A stretch of 64,000 nucleotides of DNA from the IMG/VR virus record IMGVR_UViG_3300022745_000017, positions 62,001 to 126,000 of that record; one strand, given 5' to 3'. Both the position numbers and the translations under genes were made by a program. Numbering within the stretch: the stretch's first letter is position 1; every line of letters starts with the position of its first letter. Below the pieces are notes generated by a model. The model was not told the DNA's origin, searched no databases, and was given only the letters and a program-made list of their open reading frames with translations. Below are positions 17,577 through 26,741 of this stretch, piece by piece.

Positions 17577-17619
17577 CACATCTAGCCTATGAGTGTTCAA
17601 ATCTCATAGGCTAGATGTG
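17577..17619. promoter_or_regulatory. 17-bp inverted repeat in a divergent intergenic region
   Basis: cacatctagcctatgag/ctcataggctagatgtg, preceded by promoter-like CATATATGAC. Confidence 0.55.
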
Positions 17620-17677
17620 CAGGGTAAACTTCTTTTTCGCATATCTGTTTTTATTTCTTTACCAGGAGCTTTTCACT

Positions 17678-18844
17678 ATGGACCCCCTCACCATTGGCAC
17701 CTCTACGATGGGTGCTATCCATGTCTTTGACCAAGTCGCCAACGGGCTGCGCAACATCAAGAGTACTGTCTCAACCTACGGCAAGATCGCTCAAGGTGGT
17801 GGTTCTCTGACCAGTGTGAGTGCGGCTACGCGAGTTGAGCCGTTCATGCTGATTGACGCCAGCTTGTCCAACCTGGAATGGCTTGATGTCATCAGCCACT
17901 CGATGCTGGCCAACTTCTCTGCGTTTTGGATGCTGGCTGTGGATGCCATCACCACTGTTTCAGATGTCACAGTGGGTGAAAAGCTAGCGCCTCTTAACCC
18001 TAACCGTGGGTTTGGGATGGAGCGTATCAGTGACGGGGGTAACAAGCGCGTGGCTTGTGCGCCTGAGTTCATGATGAAAGAGCAGTACCGTTACGGCTTG
18101 CCCCAACTAGGTGTGTCGCGCAGCCTAGAAGCCAACGGCGGTGATAAGCCTGAGCCGAGTAACAAGACCGGAACGTCCATCAAGCAAGCGATGGATGCTA
18201 TCAACACCCGCACTGACTTATCGGTGGGTAAGGTCATCGAGGTGACGATCTCTGAAAACAATCAGAAGGCCATGGTGAAGGTAGCCATTCGGCTGCTGAC
18301 TTCGCTGGTTCCCACAGGATTGCTTAAAGACATCACCACATCGGCCAATGTCTTTGACATGGACATCAAAGAGCGTTGGTACTCGACGTGGGCCGGGCGG
18401 CTGAGCTGGAATGAGTTTTTCTTTTTCGGCGACATCCTGAAAAAGCGCAAGCGCATCGCACTCAAAGACAAGAGCGGTGTTTTCCAGGCGATCTTGCAGC
18501 GTGGTAGCAGCAATCTGGTAGCTGGTCTGATCAGTCGTGTGCCTAGCTTGGCCACCATGAGCAACATCTTGGTGATCAACTCCACGACGCTCGATGAGAT
18601 CGAACCTCAGTTGGGTGGATCGATCCACAACCTGAGCATTCGCAATCAGTTGTTTGACTCTACCAACCTGATGATCATCTGTGTCGTGCACACCGACATG
18701 GATCGCTGCGAGATCTACTACCGCGAAATCAGCTCGTCGACGACTGTGAGCTTGAAAGACATGAAGGGCGCTAACAAGTCAGGTGGTGACAACATCGGTG
18801 ACTTGTTCCGAGCTTTCGTGCAAGGCAACGCACCGGCGTTCTGA
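17678..18844 (+). CDS. Abundant head/inner-body protein (gp89-like)
   Basis: 388 aa from MDPLTIG after AGGAG; GME and SLE candidate cleavage sites. Confidence 0.7.
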   Translation: MDPLTIGTSTMGAIHVFDQVANGLRNIKSTVSTYGKIAQGGGSLTSVSAATRVEPFMLIDASLSNLEWLDVISHSMLANFSAFWMLAVDAITTVSDVTVGEKLAPLNPNRGFGMERISDGGNKRVACAPEFMMKEQYRYGLPQLGVSRSLEANGGDKPEPSNKTGTSIKQAMDAINTRTDLSVGKVIEVTISENNQKAMVKVAIRLLTSLVPTGLLKDITTSANVFDMDIKERWYSTWAGRLSWNEFFFFGDILKKRKRIALKDKSGVFQAILQRGSSNLVAGLISRVPSLATMSNILVINSTTLDEIEPQLGGSIHNLSIRNQLFDSTNLMIICVVHTDMDRCEIYYREISSSTTVSLKDMKGANKSGGDNIGDLFRAFVQGNAPAF

Positions 18845-18912
18845 GCGTACTTCAAAAAACCAACAAGCAGGGCTTTTTAGTCCTGCTCCATCACTTACCG
18901 AGAAAGCACATC

Positions 18913-19806
18913 ATGAGTTTGTCTTCTTTTGTCTCTTCGCTGCCCAAAATCTTCGAGCGAGACACCATCAAAGAGCGGGCTGAGAAAGTCAGTGAAAATC
19001 TGCGCAAGTACAGCATTCCGGCCTATGACTTGGCCGTGAACCTGTACGCCAACCGCGATCCCAAGGCGGATGTCTTGAAGAGCTATCTGCCAGCAATCCG
19101 CCAGGTAGATACAGTGACTGCACGCTCGACCGGCTCCTTCGGTGTCATTCGTTCGCGCTTGATGAACTCCGTCAAACAACTCGAACAGATCATCGACAAG
19201 TCTGCAACACTCTTTAACACCAAGGAAACATCAGCAGGCCTGACCTACAGCAAAGCTACGCTGTTGCGTCTGGTAGAGTGCGCGCAGTTTGCTGAGCGAT
19301 ACAGTCGTGAGTTCCTCAACTTTTGCTACGTGGCTGAGTCCATCAAAGACCTCGACGACGACATCAGCAAGCCCACTGAGCGTGAACAGAAAACCGTGGT
19401 CAACGGGTTCAACGACTTCTTGATCTGTCTGAATGCCATGGGCATGGACTACAAGGTCTTGGATGACTACTTGACCAAGTTGCCTGACGCTGTGGTGACG
19501 CGTGTGAGCGAAGACACTTATAGTGCCACCATGGGGGCTTACAAGCTCGACCCGCTCAATGTGCGCAACATCTCGATCAAGTGGAGTCCCTTCTGGTGGG
19601 TGCGCTCTGCTGTCGCCGATTGGGACATCGCTAGTACGCGCAAGGCCCAAGCTGAGCTGGAGCTGTTGCAAGTGCGCGCCGCTTATCTGGAGCGGCTCAA
19701 TGAGCGTGTCAATGACCCAGCCCTAGCCGCAGAAATCGACAGCCTGCAAACACGCTGCTCGAACCTGCGCCTGAAGCTCGACAACGAGGAGCGTCAAAAT
19801 GCTTGA
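18913..19806 (+). CDS. Virion protein (gp90-like)
   Basis: 297 aa, helical with C-terminal coiled coil, synteny. Confidence 0.7.
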   Translation: MSLSSFVSSLPKIFERDTIKERAEKVSENLRKYSIPAYDLAVNLYANRDPKADVLKSYLPAIRQVDTVTARSTGSFGVIRSRLMNSVKQLEQIIDKSATLFNTKETSAGLTYSKATLLRLVECAQFAERYSREFLNFCYVAESIKDLDDDISKPTEREQKTVVNGFNDFLICLNAMGMDYKVLDDYLTKLPDAVVTRVSEDTYSATMGAYKLDPLNVRNISIKWSPFWWVRSAVADWDIASTRKAQAELELLQVRAAYLERLNERVNDPALAAEIDSLQTRCSNLRLKLDNEERQNA

Positions 19807-20431
19807 AAACACCGGTGCTTTGAAAATCTACCCCAGTGGTTTCATGGGGAGTGCGACGCAGCCTCAGACTTCTCCTGTCGATCTGATCGCTCTGTCGCGC
19901 CAGTTGGCACAGAGCGGTATGGCCAAAAAGCAAAGTCAGTACACGGCAAACCTGAATGTCGTAGACTTGGACTTGGGCAGCGTCAGCCATACCGAAGAGT
20001 CTCGCAGCTTTGAGTATTGCGAGAAAGTACTCAAGGTGGCGCTGGTGGCTTTTGGCACGAATGCTGTTTTGCCGTGGATTGAAGCTCAGACCCAATCCAC
20101 GGAATACGGAGACAATCACCGCAAGTTCATCGATGAAACTCTGACCTTTGTGTTCACTGGCACGGGGCGGCGCTTGTCCACGCACAGTTGGAAATCCATC
20201 TTGCGCGTGGGTGATAATGTGCTGACCAATCGCAATACGTCCAAGACTGTGGATCACTTCCTAAAAGGGTTGAACAATCCAGGGATGTTGAATGCGGGCT
20301 CACTGCCAGTGATCGGCCCTAAGAACCAGCCTGGTTTGACCTTCAAGGAACTCATCGCCATGTGGGTGACGCAGCCTGGTGGCATTCGTGACTTGCAAGC
20401 CAGTTTGTCAGTCTTGTTCGGTGATCGCTAA
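19799..20431 (+). CDS. Virion-associated protein (gp91-like position)
   Basis: 210 aa overlapping the upstream stop, GAGGAG RBS. Confidence 0.7.
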   Translation: MLENTGALKIYPSGFMGSATQPQTSPVDLIALSRQLAQSGMAKKQSQYTANLNVVDLDLGSVSHTEESRSFEYCEKVLKVALVAFGTNAVLPWIEAQTQSTEYGDNHRKFIDETLTFVFTGTGRRLSTHSWKSILRVGDNVLTNRNTSKTVDHFLKGLNNPGMLNAGSLPVIGPKNQPGLTFKELIAMWVTQPGGIRDLQASLSVLFGDR

Positions 20432-20450
20432 ACCATGAAAGGGTAACACC

Positions 20451-21935
20451 GTGGACGAGATGGAAGACCAAAGCAATGCGAGGCTGCTAACAGGTGTCGA
20501 TTTAGCGATCGAAGAACTCAGTGAGTCTGCAAGCGGTTTGCGCGAGGTGGGTGACTACCTTCAGCAAACCACGCAAACTGATGCTGATCTACAAGCCGTG
20601 GTGGAGCATCTGCGCAGCACCAAACAGCTATCAGCCGAGGCTGCAAACTGGGCTAACTTCGGGATTGAGAGCTTGCGAGAAAAGCTCAACCTCTTGGAGC
20701 GCCCCATGGTGTTTAGCACGGAAGGTATCAAGAACAAACAAGTCTTTGATACTGGCGTGGCTATTGAGGGTTTGAGCGAAACGCTGAGCGTGGCTCAGGC
20801 GGCTGTTTCTAACAGCTTGGCTGTGACCATGATTCGCATCACTGATTACTTAGACAAGTACAAACGTGCTTTGGCTAAGTTGCGGGAGTTGCAAACCAGT
20901 GTCGAAACCAAAGTAGCAGCAGTCAATCCCTCTGGTACACCAGTGGCAGCTTACATCAAACCAGAGCACTGGTGTGAGATGCTAATGTACACTGACTCAG
21001 GCTTCATCAAGGGGCTCAAAGGTGTGCCTGAAGCTGTGTCAGATTTGCTGAAAGAGCACGCTGACACTGTGATTGCAGCCAATACCAAGTACCGCAAGTG
21101 GGTAGCTGACAACGGCAAGAAGATGATGGAGGGTGATTACAAAGTCATCGATACATTAGGCTTCGATCCGAGTGACTTTGTCGTTGGCGGTGGGAAGGTC
21201 TACACGCAATCCGTTGGATCGAAAGTACCCACCGGTGAGAATGTCTTCTTTCAAGGTCGGGAACTGCCTGGCGGTATGTCACTGTACACAGAAGCTTACC
21301 GGGTTAAAGAGACGGGGCTGCATGCTATCTCCGCGATCAAGGCAGTCAACTACTTCCTTGACATCAAAAACCCGGCGGCTTTCTACCGAGCGCGTGTTGA
21401 GTTGACAGAGCAGATCGCATTGACATTCCTAGTGTGGACATGTCAGACGGTCATAGCCAACGCGATTGACAAAGTGTGGTCTGGTACAGACAGAAAAGTC
21501 CCTCTGTTTGCACCTATCGCTTACGTCGGCGCGAAGGTGATCGGCTATCACTGGGGTAAGGCCACACCACCGGGCAAGACCATCAAAATCACTGACAAGA
21601 TGCTCTTTCACACACTCACGCCGACTGAGATTCGATCCTCTTTGGCTGGTGTGCGAAAAGGCATCGATGAAGTGGAGAACTGGCGAGGCGTTGTTCTCAA
21701 TAGAAACTGGGGTGATCGGGCTAACGGGTTTGACAAGTATGTCGAACTCTTAGGCTTTGATTCTGTTGACGCTTACCGTGGTCGCAGTGTTGAGCAGCTC
21801 AAAGAGATCGTGTTAGGTTTGATCAACCTGACGAAGATGGGCCAGTGTGGACTTGATGTGTACGCATTCAAGGTCTATACTGCGATGCTCAAATACGTCG
21901 AGCAGTCTACACGCCGCTACGTCAAAATTGACTGA
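20451..21935 (+). CDS. Internal head (ejection) protein, divergent paralog
   Basis: 494 aa, acidic N-terminal propeptide, STE|GI and AIE|GL sites. Confidence 0.65.
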   Translation: MDEMEDQSNARLLTGVDLAIEELSESASGLREVGDYLQQTTQTDADLQAVVEHLRSTKQLSAEAANWANFGIESLREKLNLLERPMVFSTEGIKNKQVFDTGVAIEGLSETLSVAQAAVSNSLAVTMIRITDYLDKYKRALAKLRELQTSVETKVAAVNPSGTPVAAYIKPEHWCEMLMYTDSGFIKGLKGVPEAVSDLLKEHADTVIAANTKYRKWVADNGKKMMEGDYKVIDTLGFDPSDFVVGGGKVYTQSVGSKVPTGENVFFQGRELPGGMSLYTEAYRVKETGLHAISAIKAVNYFLDIKNPAAFYRARVELTEQIALTFLVWTCQTVIANAIDKVWSGTDRKVPLFAPIAYVGAKVIGYHWGKATPPGKTIKITDKMLFHTLTPTEIRSSLAGVRKGIDEVENWRGVVLNRNWGDRANGFDKYVELLGFDSVDAYRGRSVEQLKEIVLGLINLTKMGQCGLDVYAFKVYTAMLKYVEQSTRRYVKID

Positions 21936-21946
21936 AAACCAAACTT

Positions 21947-21980
21947 AGCAGTGTGAGGTGGCCAAACCCCTCACACTGCT
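21947..21980 (+). terminator. 12-bp intergenic hairpin
   Basis: agcagtgtgagg/cctcacactgct. Confidence 0.55.
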
Positions 21981-22006
21981 TTACCACTGAAAAAGGAAAC
22001 TGAAAA

Positions 22007-23545
22007 ATGGCACGCTACCGCCTCGCAGTAGAAGACGATCAAACCGACAACGCAAACACCAGCACCGATGATGGTGGGTCTGTTGGGGATGATCCTGTTC
22101 AACAAGATGACAAGATTGTCATCCCCGATCTGAAAGATCTCAACGTCAATGAAGTCGCCAAAGCTGAGCATGAGATCAAGAAGGATCTGGAGACTCAGCA
22201 AAAGGATATGACTGAAGCCAGCATTCCTGAAGAGCAGCGCACAGTCGCTCTGAAGGACGCACAGGTGGACACCCAAGGACTGCTTACCTCGCTGGAGAGC
22301 TTGATCAAAACCATGGGCAATGGTCGGGCGGCAGACTACCACCAAGCTCGCCAAGCTGACGTGTATCTCAAGCAAGTCAAGAAGCAAAACGGCTTGCAGA
22401 CGAAGTATTGGTACACAGTGGAGAACTTCGCTGCACAAGCTCGCAAGGCTCGTGAAACTGAGTACATGTGTGAAGGCTTTGTCGATACGCTCAAAGAGAT
22501 CTGGAACGCTTGTATGCGTCTGGTGGACAAAGCGATCGCTTGGTTCAAGGGATTCATCAGCAAGTACTTCTTCACGGTGAAAAACGACATCGAAGTCTCC
22601 AAAGACACGATGGGTGAGATCAAGGCGCTCGACAAGATCAATGGGGAGAAGATCATCCCTACTGATAAGAAGCACTGGATCAATTCACCTGAGCTGTTCA
22701 TGCAGCTCTCAATTGAGAACACCATCCCGAACTTGAAGACGCACTTCGAGAACGTCTATCAGCTCTCCCGGACTTACTCTGCGATTGAGAAGAACTTTGC
22801 ACCGAAGTTCATGGAGATCTTGGAAGAACATCTGGAAGTGTTGTCCAAAGACGGTGGGTCTCTGGCGGGTTTCAAGAGTCGCTTTTTGCCGGATGCCGAG
22901 GCTTACACGCTGACAGATCAACTCCTGCAACTCAAGCAGTCTGGCGGCAATCCTACGTTTAACAGTGAGTTCAACGGCGAGAAGGCGCTGCCTGGTTACG
23001 GCTGGATGGAAACCATCGACATGCCCGGCAACTTTGTGATCGGCTATCACACTGCAACGGTTTCCCAAAACCCTAGCCTGCGCAATCACCTCGATACGAT
23101 CATGGGCCTGGAGTTCTTGCGTGACTGGAAGATCAAGTGTGTGCGCAACACCTTCGCACAGACGCAAGACGGCTGGTTCCCTTATGGCTCAGCGGCTGAG
23201 CTAGAAGAAGTTACGGCGCTGCAAGTCAAAGCGCTGCGTGAGCTGGAGACCTTTGAGAAAAATCCCGACAGCGTAGAGCGGGTGTTTCAAAAGCTCAAGG
23301 CAATCGCTGAGAAAGCTAAGGTACAAGCGGCTGGCGTTGATCCCAAGAAGCTGGATGCAACAGGTGTTGAGAGTCTGAAGTACGTCAACACGATGGTGGC
23401 TGCAATCAACACAGTGATCAGCAACTTGAACTATGCCATCGCTGAGATCGGCAAGTACATCCGTGGGGTTTGCTTGGCTTGGAACTACTTCCTGAAGCTG
23501 GTCAAGCAAGAATACATCAAGGCAGGTGCTGCTAGCCGGAATTAA
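22007..23545 (+). CDS. phiKZ-type internal head protein (gp93-97 family)
   Basis: Acidic propeptide, TVE and MCE sites, then amphipathic LKEIWNACMRLVDKAIAWFKGF. Confidence 0.8.
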   Translation: MARYRLAVEDDQTDNANTSTDDGGSVGDDPVQQDDKIVIPDLKDLNVNEVAKAEHEIKKDLETQQKDMTEASIPEEQRTVALKDAQVDTQGLLTSLESLIKTMGNGRAADYHQARQADVYLKQVKKQNGLQTKYWYTVENFAAQARKARETEYMCEGFVDTLKEIWNACMRLVDKAIAWFKGFISKYFFTVKNDIEVSKDTMGEIKALDKINGEKIIPTDKKHWINSPELFMQLSIENTIPNLKTHFENVYQLSRTYSAIEKNFAPKFMEILEEHLEVLSKDGGSLAGFKSRFLPDAEAYTLTDQLLQLKQSGGNPTFNSEFNGEKALPGYGWMETIDMPGNFVIGYHTATVSQNPSLRNHLDTIMGLEFLRDWKIKCVRNTFAQTQDGWFPYGSAAELEEVTALQVKALRELETFEKNPDSVERVFQKLKAIAEKAKVQAAGVDPKKLDATGVESLKYVNTMVAAINTVISNLNYAIAEIGKYIRGVCLAWNYFLKLVKQEYIKAGAASRN

Positions 23546-23757
23546 AAATTTACCTATAGTGTGTGTATTGTCCCCGCGAGATAAGCAGAGGGCGACGCCT
23601 CGGCTTCATTTGGCTTTATACCGGGTCTCACCACCTGGTTTTAGCTGACTTCCTGCTGCTTTTCTGCGCTGGGCTTGCATCTCCACGAGAAGGCTACTCG
23701 TGGATTTCCAACAGCGCTGCTGAAAATCCAACTTTTCTTTTTCTGAAAGACACTATC
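23546..23757 (+). promoter_or_regulatory. Long structured 5' leader with overlapping hairpins
   Basis: 212-nt gap; hairpins 23682-23704 and 23701-23730 share TGGA; the second is followed by a T-rich tract. Confidence 0.5.
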
Positions 23758-25101
23758 ATGGCTCGAATCAAACTGGTTACCGAAGGCCTGGACGAACCCC
23801 TGGGCGGCGATGGCGCGGTGGAGGATTCCTCACAACTGCCCGAAAACGACATGGCCGAAATGGCCACCGCTCAAGAAGAAATCGACGATCTGGCCGATGG
23901 CGTGAACGAGTCGATCGATTCCGCCCAAGTGCTGACCGATGCCGCTGACGACGTGCAAGCTTCGGTGGACAGCGGCGAAGGCTTGACCGAACCTGCCGCA
24001 CAAGCGCTGGAACGCCTGGCCAACAAGATCTGCGCCGGTGTGGGTGTGTGGAAAGCTCCGCTCAAGATCGCTCGTGAAGGCCACAAGCTGCCGATCACTC
24101 GCGTGCAAGCAACCAAAGAAGCCCTCGACGGTCTGCGTGAGCGCATCAAGAAGATCTGGGAATCGGTCAAGAAGTACTTCTGGAAGGCCGTCGAAGCCGT
24201 CAAGAACTTCTTCAAGGGCCTGTTCAACTCGGCTACCAAGCTGAAGAACCGCGCCGAATCCATCAAGAAGAAGGCTGTGGAGCTCAAGGACAAGAAGTAC
24301 GGTGCTGAAGCCAAGGTCGATGCCGACAGCTTTGGCCAACCCCTGCGCAAAAACAACAAGCTGGCCGAGGTCGCAACCATTTCGCTGTGGGCAAGTGGCT
24401 TTTCCATGGGTGACAAGGGCGCTCTCAAGAAAGCCAGTGTCGAATCCATCGCTGAGTTCTCCACTGCGGTGAAAGACGCCATTGGCAGCGTTGATGTCGA
24501 AGCCGATTTCGACAGCAAGCTCAACAAAGCCTTCTCGCTGTTCAGCACCAAGCTGGCCATGGCCAGCGCCAAGCAAACGAAGTCAGCAGACCACCCCGCG
24601 CCTGCTGGTTGCAACGTCTACGAACAAGAGCTGGCGATGGGCGACATGTCCATTTACGCTATCAATCCGATGGCGTTCACCAAAGCTGCTCTGAAACCAG
24701 TTCTGAACAGCTTGAAGATCACGATCGGCAAGAAGGACGGTTTCAAGGACGATGTGAAGTTCGGTGAAGTGGCCCCGTTGCCGCAAGCGACCATCGAGTC
24801 GTTGGCGGAAAACATCGCCAAAGGATGCGCAGGCATCGAAGGTGAAACCAAGGTCGTTGCTGAAATCGAAAAGATGGGCAAAGATCTGGAAGCAGCCTGC
24901 AACGAAGCGGCCAAGAAGGGAGGGGAGGACAAAGACAAGCAAAAGGTCGTTGCCGAAAACTCGCCTTTGGCCTCCACCGCCGCCAAGGTGGCCCAGAACC
25001 TGCTGGGTCAACTGGCTGCCGGTTTGAAGAGCTGGGAAATCAAGACCGCCAAGGGCGCTCTTGACTACTGCTCGGCTTCGCTGGCCAAGCTGGAAGACTG
25101 A
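23758..25101 (+). CDS. phiKZ-type internal head protein, likely high copy
   Basis: Start MARIKLVTEG; ARE and TKE sites, then RIKKIWESVKKYFWKAVEAVKNFF; very strong C/G-ending codon bias. Confidence 0.8.
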   Translation: MARIKLVTEGLDEPLGGDGAVEDSSQLPENDMAEMATAQEEIDDLADGVNESIDSAQVLTDAADDVQASVDSGEGLTEPAAQALERLANKICAGVGVWKAPLKIAREGHKLPITRVQATKEALDGLRERIKKIWESVKKYFWKAVEAVKNFFKGLFNSATKLKNRAESIKKKAVELKDKKYGAEAKVDADSFGQPLRKNNKLAEVATISLWASGFSMGDKGALKKASVESIAEFSTAVKDAIGSVDVEADFDSKLNKAFSLFSTKLAMASAKQTKSADHPAPAGCNVYEQELAMGDMSIYAINPMAFTKAALKPVLNSLKITIGKKDGFKDDVKFGEVAPLPQATIESLAENIAKGCAGIEGETKVVAEIEKMGKDLEAACNEAAKKGGEDKDKQKVVAENSPLASTAAKVAQNLLGQLAAGLKSWEIKTAKGALDYCSASLAKLED

Positions 25102-25130
25102 TGAGCCTGTAGTAACCCTACAGACCTAAA

Positions 25131-25164
25131 TAGAGGCAGGGGATCAAACCCCTGCCTCTATGCC
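25131..25164 (+). terminator. 12-bp hairpin plus TATGCC
   Basis: tagaggcagggg-atcaaa-cccctgcctcta, then tgcc. Confidence 0.7.
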
Positions 25165-25211
25165 GCATGTTCTTATCTTTTGATTCACCACCTAACTTTG
25201 CGAGAATTATC

Positions 25212-26720
25212 ATGGCCTACAAGCTTGTGCAAGAAACGTCCAATCCTGTTACTGTCACGATGCTGAACATCGTGGAAACGAGCATCTCTTTGAATCGCTC
25301 ATTTGAAGAAGCCGAGGAAATGCTCGATAACATCTGTACTGTCCAAGATCTGAAAGACGATCTCGAACCCATCACCGATGGTAAAGAGATCGCTGCTCTG
25401 GGGGCAGTCATCGAGCACTTTGTCACTAAGTTACATGCTTCTGTTCAAGTACCCACCTATGAGAGCTACATGGGTAATAAGTCTCAACTAGCTTTGAAGT
25501 ACACCAAAGAAGGCGTAGGTAGTGCATTGAAAGCTGGTTGGGATTGGTTGATCGAGCTGATCAAGACCATCGTCGAGAAGATCGGTAACTTCTTCAAGTC
25601 AGTGTGGGCGTGGTTGTTTGGTAAGGATAGTAGCTCTATATCTTCGTCTTCAACTGAGGTCAAGAAGGCTGAAGTGGCAGTGCAACAGGTCATCAAAGAA
25701 AATGTCAGTAAGCCATCGGCTGCTAAACCTGCTGAAGTCATCAAAACTGTCGAACAGATCAGCAAAGCCGGTACAGAACCACCGGTAAATGGAAAGCCAA
25801 AGATAGACATCGCCGAATTGCAAAAACGGCTTGAAGAGACAAAGAAGGGAGAGGAAGACGCTGCCAAGGCCGTAGCTGAAGTTGAAGCTGCTCACAAGCA
25901 AAGCTACTTATCTGGCTTCCAGAAGGCTATTAACAACAACAACGAACTTTTTGCTGACTTTTATAGTAGTAACGCTCCGATAGATGAGAATGGTAATCCC
26001 TTATACAAAAAAATAGGGGTATCACAGCTTTCGGAGATGTATAAGAGTATTGAAGAGCTTATGGATAAAACTAAATTATTTGGTCACAATTACCTAGTAG
26101 AGTTAGGCAAAAACACGACCACCGCTCTAATCGAGTCCGATTTATTTAAGGCGTTTAAATCTGACGTTAATCAAGACGTAACTACTAAAGACGAGTACGA
26201 AAAACTCATCGATCAAATAGCCTCTAAGTTTTTTATGGAGTTAGACATATTCGTAGGTTTCAAAGTAAACAAAAAGATGAAGTCACGGCCACTAGAAAAT
26301 GGTTCGAAAATTCCATCTGTAGAGAGCACTTATGTCGAGCCAAAAATACCTTACGTCGCTGTACTCGACCACGATAGCTTTAGTGCGGATAACTACTCAC
26401 ACGTAGAGACCCAGCGAGAAAAGCTTCGCTCTAAAATCGGCGTGTCTTTAAAAGATTTAAATGGTGTTAGTGATAAAATGCAAGCAGATGCTGATGCAAT
26501 TCTCACTAAGTTTAAAGATGAGCTGCCAAATAGACGATACAAGCAGGTCATCGAATTCTCCACCTATGTGGTTCAGGGGGCAATCCGAAACATCCTTAAA
26601 GTAATGCAAAATATTTTACAGGCGTTCCACAACCTGATGGACTTCGATAAGCGAATCACTGGCCATGGGGTCGCGCTGCGTAACTTACATATTAGTTTAG
26701 AAGAAGCTAAGAAGAGCTAA
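25212..26720 (+). CDS. phiKZ-type internal head protein with AT-rich C-terminal domain
   Basis: TYE and TKE sites, GWDWLIELIKTIVEKIGNFF; compositional shift after ~25900. Confidence 0.75.
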   Translation: MAYKLVQETSNPVTVTMLNIVETSISLNRSFEEAEEMLDNICTVQDLKDDLEPITDGKEIAALGAVIEHFVTKLHASVQVPTYESYMGNKSQLALKYTKEGVGSALKAGWDWLIELIKTIVEKIGNFFKSVWAWLFGKDSSSISSSSTEVKKAEVAVQQVIKENVSKPSAAKPAEVIKTVEQISKAGTEPPVNGKPKIDIAELQKRLEETKKGEEDAAKAVAEVEAAHKQSYLSGFQKAINNNNELFADFYSSNAPIDENGNPLYKKIGVSQLSEMYKSIEELMDKTKLFGHNYLVELGKNTTTALIESDLFKAFKSDVNQDVTTKDEYEKLIDQIASKFFMELDIFVGFKVNKKMKSRPLENGSKIPSVESTYVEPKIPYVAVLDHDSFSADNYSHVETQREKLRSKIGVSLKDLNGVSDKMQADADAILTKFKDELPNRRYKQVIEFSTYVVQGAIRNILKVMQNILQAFHNLMDFDKRITGHGVALRNLHISLEEAKKS

Positions 26721-26741
26721 TCATTTACAAGGACAAGTGAC

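Noticed and set aside
17615-17677. Upstream in-frame starts in the ORF track (also 8098, 16509, 23563, 25167, 31059, 61600, 62973)
   Set aside because: The extensions run through hairpins or T-rich intergenic DNA; downstream ATGs have proper RBS spacing.
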